Positions 1-13,100 of a stretch of 64,000 nt of DNA are shown here, one piece after another. The stretch comes from Bugula neritina. Its lineage: Eukaryota; Animalia; Bryozoa. Position numbers and translations under genes: made by a program. The stretch is from NCBI GenBank assembly GCA_964035545.1, contig OZ037772.1, positions 10,600,818-10,664,817 of the forward strand. The letters run 5' to 3'. Each line of letters starts with the position of its first letter. Position 1 is the first letter of the stretch. The notes under the pieces are model-generated. The model was not told the origin of the DNA. It worked only from the letters and a program-made list of their open reading frames with translations, and did not search any database.

Positions 1-3000
1 TTCAAAAACTTTTAGTTTGTAAAGTATAAAATTCTCAAGGTCAGTTGAGTTTAAAAAACTAACCGCTGAGTCTATACTAAGCCTAAATCAAAATCTTAGT
101 TATAGAGTTTTATTTGAATTTACTTATTTTAATTTAAACTTATATTCATGTCAGAGTTATTACAATGCTGTAAAAACAAAGAAACTTCAATCACTGTTGG
201 TGTGCAGAAACTTTTACTATGTGATACTAAATTATTACCAACTTTTAACCTAGGCTAACCACTGGCGTAGTAAATTAATGCAAATAATGTTGAAGTGCTC
301 AATACTTTGATGACTGTTAGTCACACCAGCTTTTATCTCTGTTTTTATTACTCTTCAAATTATTGCCACACCACACAAAGGAGTCGGCATTGACACAAGC
401 TTATAGCAATGAATAGTTCGATGAAAAGATACATTTATTGGGTTGCAACGAACCACAGACTTGCATACATAAAACCCTGCCACTGCAACTGTTAACTTTA
501 CAGTCAGAATAGAAAATAATTATGCAGAAGTCTTAAAGTTTTCAAGCTTATCAGATAGCCTAGTATAAAGAGCTATACAGCCTACTCTGAGCAACTTTGA
601 AGATTGCAAATCTCACGATCTACAAGTTTTATCATTGAGAGAATTTATAACCAGTACTTTTCGTCGGAATCCTGTTCAAAAGCAGTAAAATAAACTAAAG
701 CTATTTGAGTAACTTTAATAGAGACAAGCTTTTCATAAAGTGTTTTCTGATGTTAGTTAACTATACAGTATATGCATGTCTGTTTGTATTTAAAAGAGCT
801 ACACGTACAAATATATATCATCTTTAATTATATGCACGTGTCGGTTAGTTTTCACCTTTGACCTTGACCTAATTTAAAAAAGGGAAGGAGCCAGTGACTA
901 CACTTTCGTGTATCTTGAATTATAATTTCATTGGAAAAGAAGTTGTCTTATCTTTGTAATTTATGCATTTTGAGCTTGCATTGCGCTGTTCCTAACTCAT
1001 AGGTTGATTATTAAGGAACAGAACCCAAACACCCACAACGAAAATAATATATAACTTCGAATAACAAGTTTTCAAAGAACTGCAATAAAGTCATTCACAA
1101 TATTTACCCCCCCCCCCTCTATTCCCAAAATGCTTATTAATGTTATTAAACAAATACAAAAATTTATTTTCCATAAGATTTGTCAGTTGCTTCATGGTTA
1201 GCACATGGTGGTGAAATGTAAACAAAGTTGCTGCCAAGCAAAGTGATAAGTCAGCTGACTATATAGCATCACACTTCAAACTTTATCAAATGCAGAGTAC
1301 TTAGGAGTAATAGATTTATCGCTACCCTTCACTTTTCAGTCAGTAATGTGACCATATTGCTATAACCACTGGGTTTTACGTATATTGGCCAAGACTAGCC
1401 AAAGCTTTTGGCTAAAATTTTGCTTAAGCCATACTAATAAAACATATAGTTTGGGCTGCGAAATAATTATTACCATATGTAACTATAGTATAGTAAAACT
1501 GAGTCACAAAGCCATGCAAACCACAATTTCTATCCAGTATTTCAAAGTATCTATGGGTGGCTGCCAAAATTACTTTTAGCAAAATTTAAAAAACAATGTT
1601 TTTCTGTGAGAACTACTAAGTTGTGCTAGTAGAATAAATAGAAACCACTTTGGTTATTTCTCTTCACTTTTTGTGTTGGGCTTTGAAAAGCATGTAATGT
1701 TGCCTTTGTTCAAACCAAAACCCATTAGTTGTTTTACTAATCAACTGAGATTAACAAAAGGCTAAGTTGTATCAATGCACAGCAACCCATTCCACTCTTT
1801 CACTTTAGCTGTTTACTTTGAATACACACAAACGTAGATAACAAAAGCGTGTTGTTTAAAATATGAGTAGTTGGAAAATCCCAAGTAAGCCGTATTTCGT
1901 CATAGGTTGAGAGCGCCCAAGTAGCTAGTCTTGTCAATGCTACGTTTTTAGTAGACTGTATAGAATGCTTGACCTATTAGTATTGTTTGCCAGTGTTCAG
2001 TATAAGAATGACCCTACGGATCTATAGTCAGTATCATTAGGCGTGACAACAAAACGATGTACTAATTACTTGAATCAAGTTTGACTTGAATCACAAGTTT
2101 GACTTCAGTTCTTGAATCACAAGTTTGACTTGATTCCCAATTATGACCCTAAAGTTTTGAATCAAAAGTATAACTTGAAGTACTTGGACCAAAAGTCTGA
2201 TTTACAATGTTTGAATCACGAGTTCAACTTGAATTAACGTTATTTAAGACTTGAACCAAAAGTCAGACTATAATACCTAAGAATCAAGTCTGACTCATTC
2301 AACAGTATTTGGATAGAGATCTTTAATGTTCACAGGAATCAAAACTCATTTCTTGTCAACAAGAAATGCTATGAAACTATTTCAATGTGCTAAAAGTTAT
2401 TGTCTCTACTTCTGCTATAGCTATTAATAGTTTCGACACATAGTCTTAGCACATTAGCTGAGAGTTTAGATCAAAGATCAAACTTTTACAAAATGATATC
2501 ACAAGTTTGAAAAGATGATAAGTATTTTGCAATCAATATCAGCTCAAACTGGACAAGGGCTCTTAGGTGCATAGCAGACTACTGAGTTTCTTTCAATGAC
2601 TGAATCAAAGACAATGAATGAAAGCATATCGTTATGACAAGCTAGTTAGCTTGGCGCATTAATAAGTAATCATCATTCTTGTCGCTTTGAATTTTATGAA
2701 ACTCACTGTGGAATTGATAAAAAATGCTAATTAGATGAAATTGTATGCTACATTCATGGAGCTATCACTTTAACAAGTGGATAGATTGAATAGAGTGCTA
2801 TTAAATACTAAGTAGAACTAGTTTGAATAATGAAACTCATCCTCACAACACAAAAATATCTTTGTATAAACTACTTAAGGGACTAGACTCAATTGAAAGT
2901 TCATAGAAATCCAAAGAAGTATATGAATAAAGTCATAGAAAACATTAGCTAAATAAATGTATATAGTAACTTATATTGATTTTCTGAAGGGGAAATGTTG

Positions 3001-4635
3001 ATGTCATCCAAACAGTGACTGGCATCAAAACAATTTTGTTACTACTCAATACTATGAGCTTAATTTGCAAAATATTAAACACTGGTCTACACCAAAACCA
3101 GAAATTAGAAAGACTGCCTTGTGTTCTAAATTAAAAAATGTAGCATAAGAAGTTATGTTCTCGTGAAAATTTCAACCCACGCCCAAACTGACATTTAATA
3201 ATAAAATTAAGGCTCCTAAATGCTGGGTTGCACACTACCTATGAGTACAGTTTAGCTCGTGGTCCAAACCATAGAACTTAGATTGAGCTGATTCTCATAC
3301 TATAGACTAGAATCAGCAATATCTGTGCAGCATGTCAATACATACTATTTAATCAGTTGTACGGTTTTTAGTTAAGGGTGTGTGCAGAAATAGAGAAAAG
3401 CCAGTGTCGGATATAGAAAATAAATATGGCAGCAATATCAGAAGCTGTAGTTTCATAGAGATGATTAAATAACTATGGCTATTGAAATTTCTCTGTTACT
3501 GCACCTTAATATTAAATTCTTGAGAGAGCATAACTTCTCAAGTTATATTTTTATATATAGAACACAGCTTATACTCAACCTCTCCATTTCTTGGATGAAA
3601 TATAGAGTTATTTTACATAATATCATGCTAATTGAGTAAACATTAGTAACATGATCTTAGATAAATTAAAACATATAAACTATAGTTTCAAAACTCGTGG
3701 TAGATCTTGCAAATTCACTTGTACTCACAATCAAAGTCTCGCACCCAGCTAGTTGAGTTCTTCTCCAACCATTCAATGCTCACTCACAAAGCGCTTCATC
3801 CTGTTGGAATGTTTTATAACTGCCTTACAATGTACTCCACTTGTACATTCACACGTTATTTTGTGATACGGGTCAATGATTTTGTATAAATTGGCCAATC
3901 ACGACTCATTATTTTTCAGCTTGTTTAGTATCAGCCATTCGTATCTAACATTACACTGCTTGACAAGCCACAAGCATTATCAATTGCTTCACTGTGGTTT
4001 CTCTACTGATGAAATTCAAAGTCTCAATACCTATGCACATGCGTGCGTGCCTATATTGAGGGTGTAAGATTAGATTATTCAACAGCCACTCAGCGTTTTT
4101 ATTTACACAAATAACTTTGATGATCATGTGTTAATATGTAAAAACTGCCATATAAGTGTGACCCCCTTTCTTTGTGCATGAACCACCAATTGTGTAGTTT
4201 TAAACTAGTTTCTATTTTGAAACATTGTATAATGTAAGTTTTAATTGCAAATGACAAGAATAAATGCAGTAGATCAAACAATACTTTTATTATTAAGCTG
4301 ATGTAACAGCTAGTCTATTGAGGCTTGTAGTTATCATAGTTGTAAACTCTGTGCTTAGTAGAATAGTGTGTTATGTTTATCTGTGAGGATCCCTATTCAG
4401 TGTTCAGATATTCTGTGCGAGCCTAGCTTCGTAAACAGAACAAATGGTCCACCAGATTTTAATGCATACTGTAGTTGAAAACTGTGCCTATATGCCAAAT
4501 GACCATGATTATAAGTTATACCAGGCAGTAAGGCCAAATGCAAATCAATTTGATTGGTTGGCTGATGGGATCCACAAGGGCAGAAATGAACCCAACTTCA
4601 GTACACCAATAGAACTAGTGAATAACAGTGTGTGA

Positions 4636-4843
4636 GGGAGCAGCTGTGGTCTAGGGGTTAGAGGCTGGCTTAATAGACCACGGCCATGAATTTGATTCCC
4701 AGTAGAGGCCATTGGTGATGTTAGGAAATACACTCAGTCAAAATTACCCTTGTGCCACATATGAATAATTATAAGCCTTTAGCCAGCTTTAAAATATCTT
4801 TTCATCAGCTGGGGTTTCTCACAGGGATAGTGACTACAAACTT
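4636..4843 (+). mobile_element. tRNA-derived SINE copy (family A)
   Basis: GGAGCAGCTGTGGTCTAGGGGTTAGAG A-box head, degenerate B box, core GGTGATGTTAGGAA, tail GGGATAGTGACTACAAACTT. Matches the other copies in the window. Confidence 0.75.
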
Positions 4844-6915
4844 GTATTACTTTACAAGCAGTTTGTAGCTCATGAGTCATTCTTTCCAGAACTTTCCAAA
4901 GCATGTTGATTGGTCGTAAAGATCAAGCTTTGTTGCATAGCAACAGGGTGATTACGAAACATCTCCCTAAGGCTAATCAGCTTGAATTGAAATTGATTTA
5001 TCAATCAGGCTGCCACAATACAAGTAGAATGTTGACTCAACCTTACAAACATTTTTTGATCTATTGTTCTACAAAGCTAGAGTTAGTTATTTCTTAGTTA
5101 TGATTAGTTTTATTCATGTACTGTTTGTTTGAACTCTACCCAATGTTGTTGTCTGCCTCATCAGCCTATTATGTAATGCAATCCCATTAATACAGCATTT
5201 CTGCTCTTCCTGTTTTACCGGCGCTAATCTGACAGTCTTGATTTGAAAATCTTGTTAGATACAAACCTGTCAGAGTTAGCTAGAGAAATCTGCTACAGGA
5301 AGAGGTTTAAAACACATAAGAGCCATGTATATTCTTAGCAACTTTTGATCAATCCGTTACTTTATAACATCAAATCATGGCTCATAAGGAATTTCTCCTT
5401 GAGACACTACGTCATGTATATAGACTTTATATAAAAATTAGAGGTTATTCTGACTTTTAATTAAACTATTTGCTTATATAATAAATACTTACTCTAATTA
5501 TTGTAGCATATAACACACTGTTGCTATACTGTGTAGCCAGTGCTCATAGCTGGAAGTATCGCAGTAGGGGAGGTGAGATAATTATATGCATTGTCAAAAT
5601 ACAACACGCAGTTTCTGAAGCTAAATTTACGTGGCAGTATTCATAAATGAGGCGTAGATAAAAATATTGATATCCTATATAATATAATATATATATATTG
5701 TAGCTCATGGTAGTTGATTTAGAGATATAGCCTACTATGTTTTGGTGTCATATTAATTTCAAGGTTATATAGTATGACTACAAGTTCTACTTTGTAGAAA
5801 ATAACTAGTGCAAATATTTTAATAACTTGAAGATATAATAATATATTGATTTGAAGTAAGCAGCAGTCTACTTTATTAAATCACATGTATGTAGAATAGT
5901 TACAACGTTAATACGACATATACTTATACATATATAGGCTATTATCAATTATAATGCTAATGCAAGTTTGCTACTTAGATACAATAATTCAGATATTTAT
6001 TGTAAATTTTGTTTGAAGGGTATATATGTAATGCTAGTTCTTTTATAGCTCCAGAAATCCTTAGTACTTACCCTTATAGATTGTATTATTAACTTTTAAT
6101 CTACACTATAAAATGAACAAACACAAGCTAGGCTTTACATAGTAAACAAAAAAAAACATTTTTTAAATATTATATATAGTCATTTTTGTCAAGACCTTTG
6201 ACGCGTATATTTGGTTTTCAAGAGTATTAGCTATACAGCTCATACCCTATATGGACGCAGCAAGTTGCAGCTTTTTATTTAGCTGGTTACGTAGTTACCT
6301 ACCATGCCCTCTAGCTGACTGTATATCTTTCTTTCTACTTGTTGGTGTAAATCTTCAGTAGCTATTTTGGTTAGGAGACACAACAAATAAAATTGCCATA
6401 TATAGAAATCTGTTGTCATATTGTTTGCTCTGTAATCATAGTACATAGATACTCCAAACATGGTATTTCCATGTCTCTGTTCTGCCAGATAAATTGGTAT
6501 ATTTTAACAGAAATATCTATATAAGCAAATATGATTTTTAAAGCAAAGCAAGAAAATTCAAAGACAATCATAACAGTTACTATAATAATATTAAATTTTA
6601 AAATACGTTTATAAACAAATAAAATCAGAAAAATAGTATAGTTTGTATATTATAGGACGGAAACAAAAATAGCAATAAATAGCTATATATTATAATATTC
6701 TAAATTTAAATACATCAGACAAAATCAGTAGCATTCATTTTAAAGCTAAAAAACCTTAAAAACTAACTAAAAATCAGTTTGTAAATGTGGACGGTACCAT
6801 CTCAATATTGCAATAGACATACACTATAGCTCTCTTTAATAGCAATAAATTAGAAAATAGATAAATGAACATGCTAGAGAAATTTTCCCAACATACGTTA
6901 CCAGAGACTCATTTA

Positions 6916-7071
6916 GGAGCAGCAGTGGAGAAATCGAGATGGCCTAAGTTCTTCAATTTTATTACTAAACTTTGGTTTGGGACGTGGGTTGAAACTCATG
7001 TGAAAAAATATCTGCTTAAGCTACATTTCTAATTTAGAACACAGGCTTTTTTAACTTCTCCATTACTGCAC
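6916..7071. mobile_element. MITE family B copy (about 150-160 bp), in the putative NEK 3' UTR
   Basis: TIR GGWGCAGTAGTGGAGAAATTGAGA preceded by TA. The internal sequence is shared with the other copies. Confidence 0.7.
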
Positions 7072-7102
7072 TGGGAACGAGTAGGACAGGAATAAACCAC
7101 TC

Positions 7103-10100
7103 TCACGCCTGTTGCTGTTGAGTCTGAGTCGGCATTGGTGATTGACTGCTCTGCTGCTGGGCAAAGTAAGCATTCATCTGTTTGGCCACCTGGAAATCAC
7201 AACAAATCTCTTCATTTAAATATATAAAAACTTAACTTAAGTCAAAAGTTGAGTAGTAATTCACTGCGTTTCCATTGCATCATCTGATTGAATTTTTCCT
7301 TGATGTTTGGATATAGTTGCGTGAAATGAAACTGCAGCTACAAGTTGATGCAAACTTCAACCACAAATTCATTGCATAGATCCATTAATGGAAACACATG
7401 ATATACAATCCCTGTAAAGATAACTCATTCACTATGCTGGCAGTTGAAAGTAAGTCAACTGAAATCATTTATCATTATAAAACAAATATTGATTGAATGA
7501 CACCAACAGCATTTGCAGTAAATGTGGCTTTGGTTAAAGCCAAGTTGAATATCAAGATTAACCAATAATCATATAGAAACATATTAGTAGATGGTTAACT
7601 TAGTTTATTACTTTGAAAAATGAGGTCAACATGATGATTTTGCCTTATTAAAAGAGCTGTTCAAATGATATCAACCAGTTTCAAAATTGAAGGTTGCACT
7701 TCTCTCTTTTTTTCATACATTACGAGAACAGCTCTTGGATGGAGGAGGGGGATTCAGCCAATAAGCAAAATAAATACTCTATGAACGGTTGGAAAGCTAA
7801 CGGAAGTACAATTGCACAACATATTGCTTCTGCCAATTTCTAATTTTAAACCATTCAAGCAAGGTATAGTTACAAGTTAGAGCAATGTCAAAAAACAAGA
7901 AAAAAAACAATGCAGCATATATGATACATAATCAATACTTTACAGTATTGAAAACTATGATTTTATGCATGAGGGAGTTGGCATTGCTTTTGGCACCAAC
8001 TAACAGATTTAATAGAGTGCAAACTGATAAATTTTTCATGGGTAAGTGTACCAGTTGAACCAAAACCTCACTAGCACATGCCAGTTGTTACTAGCAAATG
8101 TTACTAAGAGTGCTGCGTTATCTTATAACAAGTACTGTGGTTTATAATAATAATCTTCATCACCTATAAAGAGTGAATAGTTGCTAAGTATAACAGTGTG
8201 TAGCATAACTGTCAAAGTAGTCTTGGATGTGTAGATTTGTCGGAGGGAATCAGCCTTTATTTCTGAGAATTTTGAAGGATTTACTAAAAGATGATGAAAG
8301 ACCAAAAATTGTGGTTAAAAATACCAGAAATAGCAAAGCTAGTTGCGCTGTCAAACAGCCAAAGGTCCTTTGTTCCAAGTTGCCTATAGCAGCTGATGGC
8401 AATAGTGGTTCTACTCATGCACTCCTGAGTTTGATAATGAATCCAGATTCTGGCAGCGCACCACGAGATGGTAGTTGTATCAGCTATGCTATTTAGGTTA
8501 ATCTTGTCAAAAAGCAGCTCAATTACCATGCACTGCCTGGTAAAATTGATGAAAGGGGAAGTATTTGTAGCAATTAAATGTTTTCAATCTTGTAAAGATG
8601 CATTCTGGATTCTAATAACAGAACTTGCTTTTTTACTTCATCCTCAAGTTTAACATCCTTGAAGTCTAACAACAATGTCATTTTTTTACAAAATAAACTG
8701 TTCAATGCACTTTGGCATGACTACACATAGCTACTTGAACCAACTCACAACATTGAAAAGTTTTTTCAACTTTGAAACATGAGAGCTCACTGACTCCCGT
8801 AGATTGATAACATCAGTGTCTATTGACATTCAGGTTGTATCTATCTACCTTTTGAACCCTCTACAAGGAAGTGGCAGGCGCTCAAGACGTGACAAATAGT
8901 TTTGTAACATTGAGGTTAAGTTACCGATGAGGTGTGTGCCTTTTTGTAAACAGTTTTTGCTGAAAAAACTAAATAGAAGCACCAGCTAAATCGGAAAGCT
9001 CATTACTTTAATAAGCCATCAGCTACCCAGTAACTCTGATTAACTTCAGCCCAATCCCATAGGAAATCATTAAATAGCTGCTCAGATCATACTAATACAT
9101 CAAATGGTTATGTTTCATCATCAAACTTTGCAACGATAATTATCCAACAGCTCGAAATTCATCAGCTGCAGCTTGAATAGCATTTTCAAAGCTCAAAGTC
9201 AAAACATCAGCGAGTGCAAGCGTAAGTACTAACTGTAGATAGTAGCTAGTAATCCGACAAAATTAGACGTTATCTATTTTGAAAATTTTTGCTTCCAAAA
9301 CAATGTTACCTGCAGATGTAATAAAACTTCCGATATATATCTGCGGTAAAATGATTCAAGGAATCTTTCTATGTACATACAAAGTGCGAGAACTTCATTA
9401 GCAACTGTTATACCTCAACGCATATTTTCCATCTCTGCTTATATTTGTGAATTCTACTGCATTATAGTTTGTAAATTCTGTATTAATCAATACTGGCATT
9501 TCTACTTCAGCAGTCTAGATTCAGGAAGGGGTTCCATCCTAACAGCTCGGCCCAAGCAGTAATCCTAGACAACTGTTTTTCATACACAAATTACTTTCCA
9601 TCCGCTCAAAAAGTCAGACTTTCTCAATCAACTTCCTGCTTGAATCATTGAGGCTTAATCAATTTCTTTGATATTTAAAATTCTTCAATTCTTCAAGACG
9701 TAGATTCGTACTCCGAGACACTATAGACATGCTATGTATAATTGTTAACCATCTTAGATGTGTATAAGATGCTGGTTTTGTTTAAATTCTGCAGTGTGTC
9801 TGTGAACTAGAACGTTCACAGTTATATTCTGGAGGTTTCAGTTTTATGCCAAAACTATAGTCAGAGAACATAGCCAGTTAATAGCAGGGAATCTGACAAT
9901 CTCATCTAATGGTATTAGCATGGTCAGTTTTGACAGATTTACATCGTGTACAGGACCCTTGGTGAACTCTTTTGGAGTCTCATCACCACGAAAGAGAAAT
10001 TCATGTGGAAGTAGACAAACTAAGCTACATTTAGTTTGTTATATATATATATGTAAATAATACTAAACTAAATCATATACAAGTTAACACTAAACTACTT

Positions 10101-13100
10101 TGTCTGCCAGAGTTTTCAAATTTTCTTTGATTGTTTTCAGGTAACAAACTTAACATTTACTGTATTCAGAATTATGTATACAACTGAATGCACAGTCGAA
10201 TTTTGTAGATATATGAATACGATATATGAATTGCTCCGGTAGAATAACATGTAAAGAGCCAAAACATAATGTAGTATAATGGAGTTTACCTCGTAGACAT
10301 AGCTAGCCTCTGGTCTATTGTCTGGGTTAGAGTCCATGCAGATGGATACCAGCTGAATGAGCTGTGGAGTGTAGTGCTCAGCTACAACCAAACAGTGAAC
10401 AGACTAAAAACTAGAGCTAATTTCTATTATTTACTCTAAGCCAACTCAAAAAGAATTCAAAAAGTTAAAAACACGACATTTTCAGAATGCTAGTGAAGTG
10501 ATTCTCTACCGCCACCTGATCAGGACATGGGAGTGAAAAGTGAAAAGAAGTAGTTATTTTTTAGTGAACTTCACACATGTCAACACCCTAAAACTCAAAA
10601 CTAAAACTAAAACTAAAACTCAAAACTATTTTTCTTTAAATTAACGAGACTAATAAATGACTGCAACATAAGAGTTATTATGATATTTGTTGGAGTGTAG
10701 CAAACAGGCAAACACAATCTTTTTAAAAGCTCAGCATTTAGAAAAGAATGATTTTTCGGATTCCATAAACAGGCATAAAACATTTGAGTAGAGCTTTCAC
10801 TACGTATATTTTAGTAAGAGACAACTCCAGTTTTCAAGCTGTTCCCTAGTACATGTGTACCCACGTACTAGCTTACTAATTCATCTAGTCTGGACTTTAT
10901 CCATATTACAAACTTTATCATATATGTGCTTGTTGATAAAATATTTCAACACCTTGCAGATTATGAAGACGGTTATAAAGTTTACTTTGGAAACTATTGA
11001 AAGGTAGCATGTTGATATACAGCTAGAGCCGAGGGTCTTCAAATAGAAGTCAGTCTATAGCATGGTATTACTTTATAAGTAGAGAACAATTTATACTAAT
11101 TTGAATATATCCTTTGCATGGTAGGAGTAGCAGTGGTCTAGTGGTTAGAGAGCCGACCTAGTAAACACTGGGTCAGTGATTCAGCCCAAACACAGGTGGT
11201 GATGAGAAAAGCATACAGTCATAATTGCTCCTGTGCCATTTATTAGAAAACAATTCAATTAAAAAACTCACAGGGATAGCATTATAAACTTGTGTAAGTT
11301 TTTGCTTGGTGTGAAGGTGGAGATAGTCAAAATTAGGTCATTTCATGTTTCATATAAGCCTCTCGTTTAAAGAAAAGTTTGCTGCATTGCTTAAATCAAA
11401 GTCATTTTATTTTTCTAGTTGTTCTACTAGCAAACATGTTGAGTAAGGTAATGACATCACAACACAGTAACTGAGCAAAAACCTAGTAGCCTGTAATCTA
11501 ATGTTTACTCAACAACCTATGTCGAATTCCAAGATTAAATTAGCAAACTCCAACAAGAAATAACCAATCACATTACTGGAAAATGCAAATCAAGCTAATA
11601 ATCCTGACTTATAAATATGTGACATCACAGCACGGAAAAGGATGTGACATCACAGCACTGAAAAGGATGTGACATCACAGTACTGAAAAAGATGTGACAT
11701 CACAGCACTGAAAAGGATGTGACATCACAGCACTGAAAAGGATGTGACATCACAGCACTGAAAAGGATGTGACATCACAGCACATAGCACGAATACCTGA
11801 TAGCTGTGGGTAGTCGCATTTCTCTATCTTCTTGCACAAAGAGTATAAATTCATTTTCTCTCCCCAAAACGGACTGTGTAGAGCGGCCAACTGCAACAAT
11901 CTCAAAGGATATGATTTGCTACTCAATGCAGTAGCATCAAGTCACTGCAGGAAAGTGAGGAGAATGCCAGCAGTTGCCTTTCACATTAACATAATATTCC
12001 CTCGAAACAATAATATTGATATAACGTCGATCACATGTATATTATGTAATTGCATACTGTTCAGTAATATAAAAATCATCATTGAAATCTGTGCTTTTCA
12101 ATAACAATTTAACAAATAAATGTAGCAAAATTTGAAAATATATAATTATTTAAGTTTTATATGTTACACTTTAGTTTTTCCGTGAAAAAATGTGAATATG
12201 TTCAGTGTGTATTAAATAAAGTATATGAAATATTTTTAGTAATTAAAGCAACTACAGGCCTATAACTACGCACTACTGGCAAATGGAGATGCGCGTTTAG
12301 TTACAGAAGTCAAACTGCCCAAGTTCAACTGTGCTTGTATATTTTTGAATTTGTGTCGTGTGGGAGCACAACTCCCTTTGCTATATTTGTCATCTATAAC
12401 GCAAGCTTTTTATTTTTGCACCTACCTCGACATTTTTCTACAGACACACTTGAAAATACTTCATTCCTGCACCTACTTTTTTCAATTCAAGGCCAAATGT
12501 GAATCATCATTATAGTTTGAAAAAATTCCTAGGAATTAATCATTTAAAGAGTAATCTGATATAGCATTGTGTAAGCCACACAAGATTATCCAACACTAAA
12601 AAGTTCTTTATTGCAAGTGAAATCAATTGAAAGGGCCAAATATCTATGAGCTTAAGTAAAACTTGTAATGGCTGTTATTACGATGGACAATTTTAAAAAG
12701 TTAAATATAATGCAGAAAAGTTACAGGCTAACACATCTTGAAGCTGCTGATACATTTAATTGTAAAAACAAATGCCAGCACATTTTAATAAAAATGCATG
12801 CATTTGGTTATTTTATTTTATATTTGCTACTATACTTTTGCTTTTACTGTAGTATTTGTTGCTATATTGTAATTCCTGTAGTATTTGTTGCTACAGTATT
12901 GTGGTTACTGTAATATTTGCTGTTGCTCCTGTTGCTACTTTAGTACTTGTCATAATTTTGTTGCTACTGTAATATTTATTGTTATACAGTAGTTGCTACT
13001 GAAGTACTTATATTTTACTGTGGTGTTACTGTAGTGATTATTGTTAAAATGTAGTTGTTACTGTATTACTTATTGCTATACTGTTTTTGTTGCTGTCGTA

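Noticed and set aside
1-6900. Short ORFs of 60-64 aa in the first 7 kb
   Set aside because: No motifs or consistent exon chain; only SINE and MITE remnants and a degenerate repeat at about 2070-2300.
11618-11783. CRISPR-like regular repeat
   Set aside because: The units are contiguous with no unique spacers, the context is a eukaryotic intron, and there are no cas genes.
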